NCBI GenBank assembly: GCA_043228905.1
Contig: JBHGNT010000007.1
Location: forward strand, 22,072,001 to 22,136,000
Direction of reading: 5' to 3'
Length of the DNA: 64,000 nucleotides
DNA from: Azolla caroliniana
Lineage: Eukaryota; Plantae; Polypodiophyta
The notes under the pieces were generated by a model that worked only from the letters and a program-made list of their open reading frames with translations, ran no database searches and was not told the DNA's origin. The position numbers were made by a program, and so were the translations under genes. This document shows positions 10,450-22,780 of this stretch, piece after piece. Numbering within the stretch: position 1 is the first letter of the stretch; each line of letters starts with the position of its first letter.

Positions 10450-13400
10450 TTATTCTTCTGGTTGTGGTTGTTGCGGCTGTGCTTGCTGCTGCTGCTGTGG
10501 TTGCGGTTGGGACTGAGACTGCTCCGGCTGCTCTATAGGCGGCTGCTCCGTTTGTTTCTCTGACTCCGGCATCTCCGTTTGACTGCTTCCGGTCCGGTCT
10601 CCTTCCAGTACCGGTTCCTCATCACTGAGGTTGACCGTAACCGGTTCTCGTGCTTTCTCTTCCCGGATCCGGGACCTCTCGTAGCTTTCAAACTGGATCT
10701 GCGCCTCCAGCCTGTCGTCGTCCAGCTGAGCTACAAGTTGCCGGACTTGCTCTAGTTGGTCCTCTGCCAAGGCTTGAAAGTCTTCGGCCAGCTCATCTCT
10801 TATGCCGGTGAAGTCTTCGGAAGTCAGCATATAGCAATCATCTCCCTCCTTCCGCCGGTTCTCTACGTCAGCCCGGAGCAATTGGAGTTCCGCCGCGTTC
10901 GTGGCCCACTTGGTCCACCATTTGCCGGAACTGTTGTCAATCAAGCTCTTGGTCTGGTTCAACCAGGCCCGCATGATATCCTGGATGCGACTTGCTCCCA
11001 TTTGCGCTCTACTTTCCACAACTTGTCATTCCTCCTTCAACTGCTTGATGAGATTAGCCGTATCCTCCGCCTGCTCTCTGTAGCGCGTCAGCTGCCCTTG
11101 ATATGTTGTTTGCAGCCTCTGCAGTACCTCCGTCGCTCTTTCTTTTTCCGCCTGCTGCTGCCTGAGGAGCTCTGTCCGAACCTTCTCCGCCTCTTCCAAC
11201 CGTCTTCTGGTTTCCACTTGTTCCTTAGCGTATGCCGTTGCGGTCCGATCAACTGCTTGCCGGAGCTCATCCGTCCGTTCCTTGTGCTCCGTTTGCAACC
11301 GTTTATACTCCCGGTGTAATTGCTCAAATTCCTCTGTTTTTTGTTTGAGCTTGCCGTTGATCTGGCGATGGTTCCGGTCCTCCCGGTCCTTTAGCTGCCG
11401 GAGTTCCTCTTTCAGGCGCTCTACTTCTGTTTCGGCGTTTCTCCGGAGCCTGTCCTTCTCTTGCAGCATTTTCTCCTTCTCCTCCTTGAGCCGGTCGTAC
11501 GCTTGGTGGCCTTTTCGTAAGCTCTCCTCGGCCAAGCGTAGCTTCTCAGCAGTCTTTTTGAGTTCTGCCTCCGCTGCCGTCTTCAACTCTCTTTCGCGGC
11601 TCCTCAGCGCTTCTTGGGCAGCTAGCTCATCCTTTAAATCCGCAAGCTCTTGGGCTTGTGCCGCATTTCTCTCCGGAACGGCTTCCGTTGCCGGGGTCTG
11701 ATTGCTATGTACAGGTTGATCTGACGCCTTATTCTGTACATTGCCCGGAGTCACCGGTGCTTGGACTTGTGTTGTCAAAGCCAATTGAGCCATTTCCCTT
11801 GTGACCCTGTCCAAGTCTTGTTCAAGGCTCCGGATTCTGGACCGGGCCGTCTCTAGATCTACGGTTGTGACGAGCAACCGTTCTTGGTGCGCTCTCTCCT
11901 GCGCCTCTATGTACTCGACCGCTCCGGCGATTTGCTCGCCTACCCACCGTAGCCACATGCTACTGGTGCCTTGCTGCTGTACTGGTCGGGTCGGCTCGTT
12001 CACTGTGGAATTGTCTGGCCTGAGTGCCTGTATCTGCTGTTCTGGTTCTACTCCTTGGCCGCCGTGTGTGCTGGCTGGGCTCGCCGGTTGTTGAGTTCCG
12101 GTTCTCGCCGTTTCCGGAGCCGTCGATAAGGCCGGTTCCATACGCACCGGTTCCGGTTCCTCCCTCGTGGTTTGCTGGATTCTGGACCGGGCCGTCTCTA
12201 GATCTACGGTTGTGACGAGCAACCGTTCTTGGTGCGCTCTCTCCTCCGCCTCTATGTACTCGACCGCTCCGGCGATTTGCTCGCCTACCCACCGTAGCCA
12301 CATGCTATTGGTGCCTTGCTGCTATACTGGTCGGGTCGGCTCGTTCACTATGGAATTGTCTGGCCTGAGTGCCTGTATCTGCTATTCTGGTTCTACTCCT
12401 TGGCCGCCGTGTGTGCTGGCTGGGCTCGCCGGTTGTTGAGTTCCGGTTCTCGCCGTTTCCGGAGCCGTCGATAAGGCCGGTTCCATACGCACCTATTCCG
12501 GTTCCTCCCTCGTGGTTTGCTCAGGTTGAGTTGGGGGCGTTTCTTCCCTTTGCGGGTCCGACCGCTCCCCCGCTGTCCCAGCGGTCCTACTTCTTGACCG
12601 TCGTTGGAGGTGCTCTTCTGGCTCCTCCGTTTCCTCTTCCTGGGTAACGACATGTTTCTGTGCCGTCACGGGTTCCGGTTCCTTCTGTCCCGGTCGCCGT
12701 ATGGTTATCTTAACGGGTCGGACCGATGACCCCTCCTCCGGTTCTGGGAGCCGTTTCTTCCCTTTCGTCGCCTTCGACGCCAGCAGCTGCTGTCGTTTGG
12801 ACGCCGGCTTTGAGGTGCTTCCTTCCGATAATCTTGGCCGCTTCTTTGGCTGAACGGTCTCGATCGGCGGCACGAGCAATGTTATCCACTGAGCTACGGC
12901 ATGCCACAGCTTCCGGCCCTCCTTGCCGTCCTTTCCTCGTACCATGTCGATTGCCGTGCACAAACCGTCTGCAATCAACACCGGCCAGTCCACCTTGATC
13001 CCTTCATAGGTGGCTATGATCATCCTGCCCGATTTTTTGGCATGACAGGGGGTCGGGGGTACACGTGGCCGTACTCATGGAGCACTCGAGCTATCTCCCT
13101 CAATAGCGGATCTTCGCCGCCCTGCGTTCGATAGCCTTTGCCGGCTACAGAGTACTCACCGAAATATCGGATGAGTTGCTCCAAGGTTGGGTTATCAATC
13201 TGAAAAATACCTCCCTCCGGAAGGCCTGTTAGCGCACGGATCGCTTCCTCTGTGATGACTTCCGTGTCGAGCTCCTTGATGACCCGGTCGGCTTCTCTGT
13301 GCGGTGGTGCCTCCATGATGGTCAGGAACCCATCCAGTCTGTGTTGCCTGAGCCATTTCCTGGCTGCTTCCAACAGCGTTTGTGGTTCCATGTCTGCTTC

Positions 13401-13691
13401 GAGGTCGAGGAAGGATGGCGAGGTAGAGTGGTGATGAGAGTGAGAGCGAGAGAGAGAGCGTTCCGAACGTGGGGGTTCTCTGCGTGCAGGTTCGCGTTTG
13501 CTAAGCTTCCACTGCCTTGGTGCTTCTGTGCTTCTTGGCTCGCGAAATGAAAAGGTCTCCATGCGTTCTGCTTCTTCTTTGTGCGTTTTGGCGCCTTTTT
13601 CGAGCATGCACACGTCGTGTACCAATTTAGTATTAAGTAGCGTGGCGGCTCTTAAATGCCCACTTCGTACCTTTTCGCTCCTTGCTTTCAC
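10450..13691 (-). pseudogene. Extra ORF 3' of pol (env-position ORF): N-terminal globular domain plus long coiled coil; interrupted
   Basis: Fragments 13020-13691, 12493-13023, 11026-12303, 10450-11019. E/Q/R/K-rich heptad region. N-terminal part homologous to 33582-34256. Confidence 0.75.
11832..12521. repeat. 345-bp in-frame tandem duplication inside the extra ORF
   Basis: 11832-12176 is repeated at 12177-12521; 115-aa repeat MWLRWVGEQIAGAVEY... in the ORF. Confidence 0.92.
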
Positions 13692-13843
13692 GTCCGTTCA
13701 TACCTCGATTTTTAATGTTTTTTTTTCTTTTTTTCTTTTTTTTTTAAAAATTTTAAATGACGGTATGTGATCTTACACATCCGTAGGTCCCTTCGGCCCA
13801 TTACCGTTTTCCTTACGGGTTGCCGTGTCTTCCTTCGCCTCTG

Positions 13844-16800
13844 CTACGGTTCCCCGTCGTCTTTTTCTTCCATCCGTACCGTTCCCGGTATAGTGCCGGT
13901 GGGCTGCATAAACGGGTTACTTGGCATCGGTCCTTTATAGGGCTTTAGTCTAAATCCGTTGACCCACTTGCCTAGCACTTCACCGGCAAGTGTCCCTAAC
14001 TGATAGGACCCGTTGTATTCCCGTGTCAGCCAATACGGGCCTGTCCATCTAAACCGGAGTTTACCCGGCATCTTGCCCATCCTCGTTTGGAATACTAGCA
14101 CCGGCTTTCCGATTTCGAACATCTTCTCATTACCTTTCCGGTGACGGTCAACGAACGCTTTCCGTCGTCGTTGCTCCAGTTCCATGTGTAGGATGCTGGC
14201 CAGCCGTTGCTCCTCCAGTTCGCATAGTGCTGCTAGCCGCATTTCCTCCGACTCCTTTTCATTCAGCCGTTCCCGTAGTTGGATCCGTAAGCTTGGTACC
14301 TAAAATTCCACCGGCATGACTGCCTCTAAGCCGAACGCTAACCGGAATGGCGTTGTCCGGATACTTGTTTTGTATGCCGTTCGGTACGCCCATAGCGCGC
14401 TATGGAGCTTTGTATCCCAGTCCGTCCGGTTTTCATTGACGATTTTGCGGAGAATGTTCTGCAGCGTTTTGTTGGTGGACTCTGCTAACCCGTTGGCTTG
14501 TGGGTAGTACGGCGTGCTCCGTTTATGGACCACGGCATAGAACGTTGTTAAGCTTTCCACTACCTGGCCGAGGAAGTGCCCTCCTTGGTCGCTGATTAAT
14601 TCAATCGGACATCCATATCGGCACCAAATGTTCTCGTACAGGAATTTCGCTGTGGATGACGCGGTATTGTCTCTCAAGGCCTTAGCCTCCACCCATTTAG
14701 TGCAATAATCTGTTGCCACGATGACATAACGATTACCCGTTCTCATTGCCGGTGGCTTGAACGGTCCGACAAAATCCAACCCCCACTTCTGGAATGGCTC
14801 TAGTGGAAGTACCGGTTGGTGTGGCATCCGTGCTTGCTCCGTAGGCTGGCCCATTCGTTGGCATAGGTCACATTCCTTAGCATACTTGACGGCGTCTTTT
14901 AACGTCGTGGGCCACCATAAGCCGCTCTGCCATACCTTCCTTGCCGTCGCTTCCCCGGCATAGTGTCCTCCGGCAACCCTACAGTGTGCTTCCCGTAAGA
15001 TTACTTGTTTCTCGTCACTACGGACTGCCCGTCTCCATATTCCATCTGCTCCCTTGTGGTAGAGAGTGTCCCGTAACAGACAGAAATTGCGGCTCTGCAC
15101 CGCCAGTCGTTTCCTCTCGTCCCGGTTCATCTCCTCCGGTGGCAGGCCCGTGCTTAGGAACTGGTGCATGTTTGTCAGCCACCTATCTTCTGATGCCACC
15201 GTGTCGTCCGCTGCCGTTTCCGGGGTGATACGGAATAACTCTGCGTCCGGGAATTCATCCGATACTCCGTCTCCTGATTCTCCGGACTCTAACCGGCTCA
15301 GGTAGTCTGCTACGGCATGCTGGATACCGGGCCGGTGAAAAATCTCGAATTCGAACTCCTACAACAGCAAGGTCCAACGGGCCAACTTACCGGTCAGAGA
15401 CGCCTTGGACACTAAGTACAGGAGCGCCGAGTGATCCACATGAAAGGAGAACTTCCTTCCCAATAGGTAATGACGAAACTTTGTTACACTGTAGATCATG
15501 CCCAGGGCCTCCCGTTCCGTCGTCGAATAGTTCTTCTCCGCTTGGGACAGCTTCCGGCTGGCGTAATATACCGGCCGGTACCATTTAGGCTCCGTAAGTT
15601 GCATTAAGGCGCTGCCGATAGCGATGTCGGAAGCGTCCACGAACACATGAAATTCCTTGCTCCAATCCGGAGGCTGCACGACGGGTGCTTGCGACAAAAG
15701 TACCTTCAGGGCATTGTATGCCTTATCCTCCGTATCCGTCCATAGGAACGGTGTCCGATGTACCGCGGTGTGTAATGGTGTAGCCAAGTCAGCCAAGTGA
15801 CGGAGCATCCGGCTGTGCCACCGGATCTGTCCTAAGAATCGGCTTAGTGCTTTGGCTGTTTTCGGCGCCGGTGCCCCTAGTATCGCGTTTACTTTGTCCG
15901 GGTCGACCGCAATGCCCTCCTTACTTACAATGTGTCCCAGTAAGATTCCACTTGAAACCCCAAAGATGCATTTTGCTGGGTTTAAGCTTAGCCGGTATAA
16001 CCTACACTTTTCAAGGCATAACCGTAGGTGCTGCAAATGGTCTTTTCCCCGGCTATAGACTGCAAAATCATCCAGGAAAACCTGCATGAAGGCAGGAATG
16101 TATTCGCCGAAGATTTCCATGATGATTCGCTGGAAAGTTGCTGGTGCCGTTTTTAGGCCGAACATCATTACTTCGGCCACAAACACCCCCCATTCGGTGA
16201 CGAACACTGTCTTCTCCTGGTCGTCAGGGTGCATCCGGATTTGATTGTATCCGCTGAACCCGTCTAAAAAACTATAAACTTCATGGCCGGCGACGGCATC
16301 CAGTACTCCATCCGTAAACGGAAGAGGGAATGCATCCGTAATTGTGGCTGCATTTAGTTTCCTGTAATCTACACACACGCGGATTTTACCGTTCTTCTTT
16401 GGGACGACGACGATGGGGCTCAGCCACGTCGCTTTCTTTACCGGCCGGATGAAGCCCACTCTTAGGAGTTTGTCGATTTCCTCCTTCACTTTGGCGGCGT
16501 AGTTGGGGTTCATTCGGTAACGTCTTTGCGCCACTGGTTTCGCGTCTTTGCCTAAGTGGATCTGATGCTGATATAATTGAGGGTCCAGCCCTCGCATGTC
16601 TTCGTATGACCATGCGAATACGTCGCGAAACTCCGTGAGAAGTTTGATCATCGCCGCTTTATCTTCCGGCTTCATTTCTTTGGCGATGTGTACCGGCTTT
16701 GATTCGTCCTTGCTTCCTAGGTTCACTTCGTCGAGCTGGGATGTTTTTACCCGTTGGGAAACGGCCATTTCCCATTCCAACGCTTCCTGTGCTTGCCGTA

Positions 16801-19642
16801 ATTCCCGAATCGAATCTTTGTCTGGTTCGGCTTCGGTTTCATCCCTCTGCGGCAAGTATGTCGCTACGGCTTCAGCCACGTCAATCTTGAAAAGTGGTAC
16901 GATCTTCGGGTGTTCCTCCAAGTACTAGGCTTCTTCGTCATCTGCCAACCCTTCAAGCATGTTCACGCATTCCGCATACAGCGGTGTGCATTCCTTACCG
17001 TTGCTCGTCCGTGGTTGTGTCGGTACCCGGACCTTGGCTTTTCCTTGCCGGAAGGTAATCATATTTTTCCGCCAATTTTGCTTGATGTGTGCTGTTTTCA
17101 ACCATGGTCTGCCCAGCAATAGTGGGTACGCGCCTTGCGCCTGTAGCTGCAGCACGACAGCTGAGATGTGAAATGTGTGACCTCCTATGGTGACTTCCAA
17201 TTTCCGTATTAAGCTCGTCGGCCGTACAGAGCTCGTATCCGCCATCCGTAGCCAGAACGGACATGGATCCCATTCATGTATACCCAAGGCATCACACGTT
17301 CGGAGGCTTATTACGTTCACCCCGGAACCTCCATCGATTACTGTGCCGGGAAGTTCGTGCCCTTTGACGATAGCTGTAATCACCGGACTACTAGTGTCCA
17401 CCACCGTCGGTCCCTCCTCCGGATTCGAGAAGAGGACTGGTGCCGGTGGGGCTATACCGTCTGTCATGACCGTTTTTAGTCCTTCCGTAAATCGCGGCAC
17501 GAGCTGCAAGAGTCTTCCTAATGGCAACGTGATCTGACATTCTTGCAGTGCTTGCCATGTCTCGTTTTCTGGGTGGCTACCGCCGGCACTCCCTATGGTA
17601 TTCGCCTTTTGCCGTTCCGCGTCCGCGACGTTCCTTTCATTGGCTTCCTTCACCCATTCTGTCGCCTGTTTTCGTATGGCCTCTTGTGTTTCCCACTCTT
17701 TGGTCATGCCTTTCGACCGTGTGGTCACTTGCTGTAAATCCGCCACTTCCGGAACCACCATATTAACTGCTGGTCGTTTATCGTAGCTCTTTACCGGGCA
17801 CTGGTTACTGTAGTGGCCTTCCTGCTTGCAGTAGTAGCAGTACTCTTTACGGGTATTGCTGGATTCAGCATTGCTTGTAGCTGGAGTCGGTCCCGTAGTG
17901 AGTGGTGCGTTCTGTGCCGGTTGGCTCCTTGGGGTTCCATGTTCCGGGTCCCTAGTGTGCCCACCTTTCTTGAAATTACGTTTCTTATTATTCTTGTTTT
18001 TATTTCGGTAGTCCGATCGTGGTGGATCGTAAAATCGGCCGTAGTCCTCCTGGTGCCTTCGATAACCAGGGGAATGGTCTCTGTCGTATTGCTCGTGTCG
18101 TCTGTTGGACTCCCGATAACGGTCCGATCGCTCATACCGGTCGTAGTTATCATGCCGATCCCCGTACCGGCCATCATTCTCTTGTCTGTCTCCGTACCGG
18201 ACATCCTGTGCCGGTCGGTACCGGTTCATTCTTTGCCAACGATCTTCATCTTCGTCTCGACTGCTTTTTGGTTCGATCCGTCGGACGGGTGGTGCTTGTC
18301 GGTTTAATAGGTTATACTCGCACCGGTCCGTTGTATGACTCTTGGATTGACAAATCACACACTGGGTTCGCATGGTGCACTCCACTGCCGAGTGTCCGGC
18401 ATTCAAGCAGATTGTGCATTGAATTGCCTGCCGGAACCGGAGATCTTCATCTGTGGGTAACGCCCGTTGCAGTGCTCCCAGTGTAAGCCATGAGCTTGAC
18501 TTTTCCATTTCTCTGACCCGGTCAATGACCTGGTCAATGGTGCTTCCTCGAAAGTCGATCACCGTACACACCATGCGTAACGGTTCCCGGAGTGCGTTTA
18601 AAAATATCGTCCGTAATTCCTCCTCCGGGGGTGTACGGGCAAGCTGGCTATGCATTCGTTGGAAACGGATGACGAATTGGGGAATGCTTTCCCCGGCCTC
18701 CTATCGGATCGTATAAAACAGGCCCACCATTGTCGTCTGGTCGACCTCCTTGTGGAAAAAATGCAAGAATTTTGCTTTTAATTCTGCAAAGGTTGTGATG
18801 GTCGTCGGGTCCTGCGTCCGCCGCCATCGTGTCGCTGGTCCTTCCAACGTGACCCCGAATTCCGCTATCTTCGAGCGTTCTTCTTCCTCCGGTGTCATTC
18901 GCTGGGACGTGTGATTTGCTTCCCATGTCTGCTCGAAGGCATGAACATGCGCTTCCGCGTCCGGATCATCGCGATACTTTGAGTATTGGAACGGCATGTC
19001 GTCGTCCAGTATTAGGCCGCGGTTTAGTGGCGTTTGTTGATATCTTTCCGGTTTTCTCTCCGGTTCCACTTCCGTTTGTTTTGCCGGTGCTTTTTCCGGT
19101 TCCTCTTCCGGTTCTTTTTCCGGTTCCTTCACCGGCTCTTCTTCCAGTACCTTTGCCGGCTCTTTCGTTGGTGTCGGTGGCTTTGCTTCTTCCACTTCCG
19201 GTGTTGGTGGGTTGACGGCTTCCGTTTGCGGTTCCGGATAGCCCTGGTCGAGCGGTTCCGGTTCTGGAGTCGGCACGGTATCCGACCCGTCGTCCTCCGG
19301 GCCGCCGGGGGTATCGTTGCTACTCCGGTAGTTCGTATGCACGCTGTATCCCCCTTCGGAATCCGATTCGTAGGCTGAAAAGGCTTCTGCCTCGTTCTCT
19401 CCGCTTGCCAGCGCCTCGAGGAGGCGTTCGGTTTCCCGGAGACTACTTAGACTGCTTCCGTCGTCCTGGTCGCGAGTTTGCTGTAACCGAAGAGATTCCT
19501 CCGCGACTCTCCGGATCTCGTTGGAGAACGAACGATCCGAGCGAATTTCCTGCGCTGCTTGCTGGAAAGTCTCACGCCGTCTTTGCCGTTCGGCGAGGCG
19601 TCGAGCTCGGTCTGTAACCAGGTCGTGCGTTGGTCTCGTCAT
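13844..19642 (-). pseudogene. gag-pol: Single-frame gag-pol polyprotein of element 2 with four premature TAG stops
   Basis: ORFs 18701-19642, 16925-18655 (three CCHC knuckles, IDGGSG protease), 15359-16921 (DGFSGYNQ, FLDD, RNaseH DASD), 14300-15199 ([22 protein letters not shown]) and 13844-14242 (WTGPY) all share one frame. Confidence 0.93.
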
Positions 19643-19678
19643 CCATTAAGCCGTCGTTCGCTGCGAGAAAGCAGGAAT

Positions 19679-19689
19679 CGTGGTCGCCA
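19679..19689 (-). promoter_or_regulatory. Primer binding site, probably tRNA-Arg
   Basis: Minus strand TGGCGACCACG, 6 nt after the 5' LTR. Matches the 3' end ...GTGGTCG-CCA recalled for plant tRNA-Arg(TCG). Confidence 0.65.
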
Positions 19690-19695
19690 AAACTG

Positions 19696-20114
19696 TGTTA
19701 TTCTCTGACCGGACAAGGTCTAACACAAGGTGTCACGGAGACACTTCACCAAAGGGTGATTACGGCATAGGATTAAGATTCAACGATTACACCGACTTAC
19801 GTAGGTTACACGATTAAAGTGCTTTGGTTAATTACACGCGTAAGATATAACAGTAAGTACAGAACGGAAATCAACACAGAAGTATAAACACCATATGCTC
19901 TATTAATTATCCGTTGTGATTACAATGGGGTCCGGGCCTTTAAATAGGTTTCCGGCCCGTAGTACAAAACGGTGCCTATCGCACCTATTCGGGATCCGTC
20001 CGGATCTGGAACGGCATACCGTTTCCAGTCCGTCCGTCCACACTATGCTTCTTTACAACCATACTTAATTAACTCCTTCACTCCGTATTTTGGACTCCTT
20101 GTCGGCCGGTAACA
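19696..20114 (-). repeat. 5' LTR of element 2
   Basis: Direct repeat of 9932-10350; upstream of gag. Confidence 0.95.
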
Positions 20115-20844
20115 CGAATGGTTGTCTAGCACATGAATGAATGTCTAAAATCACATAATAATTCGAATGGTTTTCTAACACATGAATGAATGCTATATTG
20201 CGACATAATGTTTCTTTTGTGCGTGGGTGTATAGCTCAGTGCTAGAGCAATCGGCAGCAGTCTGATAGGTCACCGGTTTAACCCCGGCTGCACCGTGAGT
20301 CAAGGAGATGGTGGGTGCCATTTACTGAATAGAGTGAAGATTTCATGTACATGAATCGATGGGGGTGTGCGAAATGACATAATCATTTGACTAGACAATT
20401 CTTCTACATGAATCAATAGAGAGTTCGACGTGACATTTATTTTGAGTACAGGTGTATATCTCAGTGGTAGAGCAATCGGCCATAGTATGATCGGTCCCTG
20501 ATTCAACCCCGGCTGCCCGAAACAACCTAATAATTCGACTGAACTTGTATATGAATCAGTGGAGGTTTGAACCGTAAAGGTTCTTTTGTGTGTGGGTGTA
20601 ATGCTTAGTGCTAGAGCAATCCACGTCAGTCTGATAGGTCACTAGCTCAACCCCGGCTGAGCCCTAATTCTAAGAGGTAAGGTGCATTTCCAAATGAAGT
20701 CTAGATTTCATGTACATGAATCGATGGAAGTGTCCGAAATCACATAATAATTCGACTGGATGTCTAGTAGATGAATGAATGGTGGATTGCGACATAATGT
20801 TTCTTTTGTGCGTGGGTGTATAGCTCAGTTGTAGAGGAATCTCC
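20115..20844 (+). repeat. tRNA-Cys-derived array, continued
   Basis: A copy at 20225, B at ~20450, C at ~20593. The A copy at 20814 is cut in its anticodon arm by the next element. Confidence 0.9.
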
Positions 20845-21283
20845 TGTTACCAATTAGGAACACGGTCTGCGGTCAGTCCTTCAACCTAGACCTCCAAGTG
20901 GTTGTGGAACAACGAATGGGGCGTCTATGCGTAATGCGTAGGGGAATGTTCCTGGTAACCTATCAGTGTATAAGGGAGACGACTACAATTGACTCCTTAG
21001 CAATGGTTACACTTACGTTTTTTACACGCTCTAGTATTCCAGACACACAGTAGATTAGCCGTAGCTATACACAGACTTTCAGAGAAGATAGAATTCTATT
21101 ACAATACGCTTCTTTCCAATTCAAAATTACACACTCTCTCTATTAGAGGTTTTCTGCCCTTTATATACGCAGGGACTATTTAGCCGTTCACGCTTCCTGC
21201 GTGAACTATTACATGCGTTATGATCTTATATTATTTCTTATTCCTATGCTCTTGTCCGTCGGTTACTATTCCGGCGAACAACA
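20845..21283 (-). repeat. 3' LTR of element 4 (439 bp)
   Basis: TGTT...AACA termini; TATATAAAGGG on the minus strand near 21157-21167. Confidence 0.8.
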
Positions 21284-21285
21284 CC

Positions 21286-21326
21286 TGGCACGCCTGTGGG
21301 ACAGTGCCTTGGCACGTCGGACCCAT
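21286..21326 (-). promoter_or_regulatory. tRNA-Arg 3'-end-like motif plus hairpin at the PPT position (element 4)
   Basis: Plus strand TGGCACGCCTGTGGGACAGTGCCTTGGCACGTCGGACCCAT, 2 nt from the LTR; homologous to 10353-10390. Confidence 0.7.
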
Positions 21327-22465
21327 CCCGTTAATCTTCTTCCAAAATGGCCCATATGTTTGGCTCTACTACGGTGTCTGCATCCGGAGGCGACATAGGA
21401 CCCGTAGGTGCATCATGTTGTGGCTTCCCTGTTTGGTCGGCATGGTTTCTCCCGGTGTCGCAGTCATCGTGTGTGGACGGTCCGGGTTTGGTGGGTTCTT
21501 CTAGGTCTAGCGGATTGGGCTCCGCCGTCATTGTGCTTGCAGTTGGCCGCGACTCTGTCTCGATCGTTACTTCCTCCGTGGTGTCGGCCGTCTTTGTACG
21601 TTCCGGGGAGTGGGCCTGTGATTCCGCCTGGCCCGCACCGTTCTCCGTGTGGTCCGATGATAGCGTGGGCTCCTACGGATGGAGCTTCTCTTGGGTAGCG
21701 GTTTCGCTGTCTGGTACTATGGGGGACTCCGCTCGTCGGTCCGTTGTCGTGAAGATTTTCGTCCACAAGCGGAAACCCGAGCAACGAGAGCCAAAGAGCG
21801 ATGTGCAACGTTGCACACGGACATAATGTATTTGTAATAGTAATAAAGGTATAAAGGTGATGTGGTTGTACGCACATCCACGCGAGAGAGAGAGAGAGAG
21901 GTACTATGCGGTACATAGGTACCTAGTTGTTTGTGAGGAGGTGGGAGTTAAGGGGCCATCAATCTCACCCTCCCCCAAATCAAGGCAAATATCCCCTTTG
22001 AATGAAAAGGGGATATTTTAGTCTCACTTTTGTAAACGGTCTTCCCTCCTTGTGCTATAAAAGGAGAGAGAAGGCACCATTGTGGGGGTTGCCTATTTTG
22101 AGTGTGCGAGGTATACCACATAGGTCGAGCGTTAGGGTTCGGTTAGGGTTTTCTTCTTGGGTTTTCCTTTAGGGTTTTCTTATAGTCGTTTGGTGCGGCC
22201 ATGGCGGCCACCATTGTAAAGCGTTTATGTTTCTTAATCGAACTTCTTGTTGAGTATCTTGACTCCATCTTCTTCATCTTCTTCTATCATAATGTCATAT
22301 TCGTTCTCTTCTCCTCTTGAGCTATGAGCTAATCTTCCATTCGTTGTCTTAACCTTTCTCCTCTTCTCCCTAGTCCAAGACCCCCGTGGTCCCGCCCCTT
22401 CCACACGCACGCACGTAACAACGCGACATCTTTGGTGAACCCGACGTGAAGGGCGGCAAGGGAGC

Positions 22466-22780
22466 ATGGAGATTGAAGAAGACTTCGACTTCGAGGAGAT
22501 GATGGCAAAGATCATGATGGATGCGCGACGGAAAAAGGCGAGGCGAGATGCGGCTCAACAAGCCGTCGAGAGGGTGGTCGATCGAGTCGGCCGATTCAAC
22601 GGGGACGATATCCCGAGGTTCTTGGAAGCGTACGATGCCGAGATGGCGAAAGGGGGCGTAGACGAGGCGATGCGGCTAGAGTATTTTCCTCGAGTGGCGG
22701 CCGTATCGGTGCACAAGGAGGTCAAGGAGCTACGAGAAGCTCATGAGTCGTGGGTGTCCTTTGAGGGAGCCCTATTGTAG
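22466..22780 (+). pseudogene. gag: gag N-terminal fragment of element 3
   Basis: VERVVDRVGRFNGDDIPRFLEAYDAEM...WVSFE aligns by eye with element 1 gag VERLVQRNGQFNGKDASRYLQDYKAEM...WEAFE. Confidence 0.8.

Larger units (their letters stand above)
9932..20114 (-). mobile_element. Full-length Ty3/Gypsy non-chromovirus (Athila/Tat-like) LTR retrotransposon with extra 3' ORF (element 2)
   Basis: 419-bp LTRs 9932-10350 and 19696-20114 (TGTTA...TAACA, ~3 differences seen). 5-bp TSD CGAAT (9927-9931, 20115-20119). gag-pol on the minus strand. Confidence 0.95.

Noticed and set aside
9932-20114. Element is really plus-oriented (left motif = true PBS) with an inverted interior
   Set aside because: The TATA box is on the minus strand in the LTRs of both families, a PBS precedes gag on the minus strand, and there is no PPT before the right LTR either.
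22130-22180. Interstitial telomere
   Set aside because: Only three scattered TTAGGGTT motifs within an LTR (also at 31700-31745).
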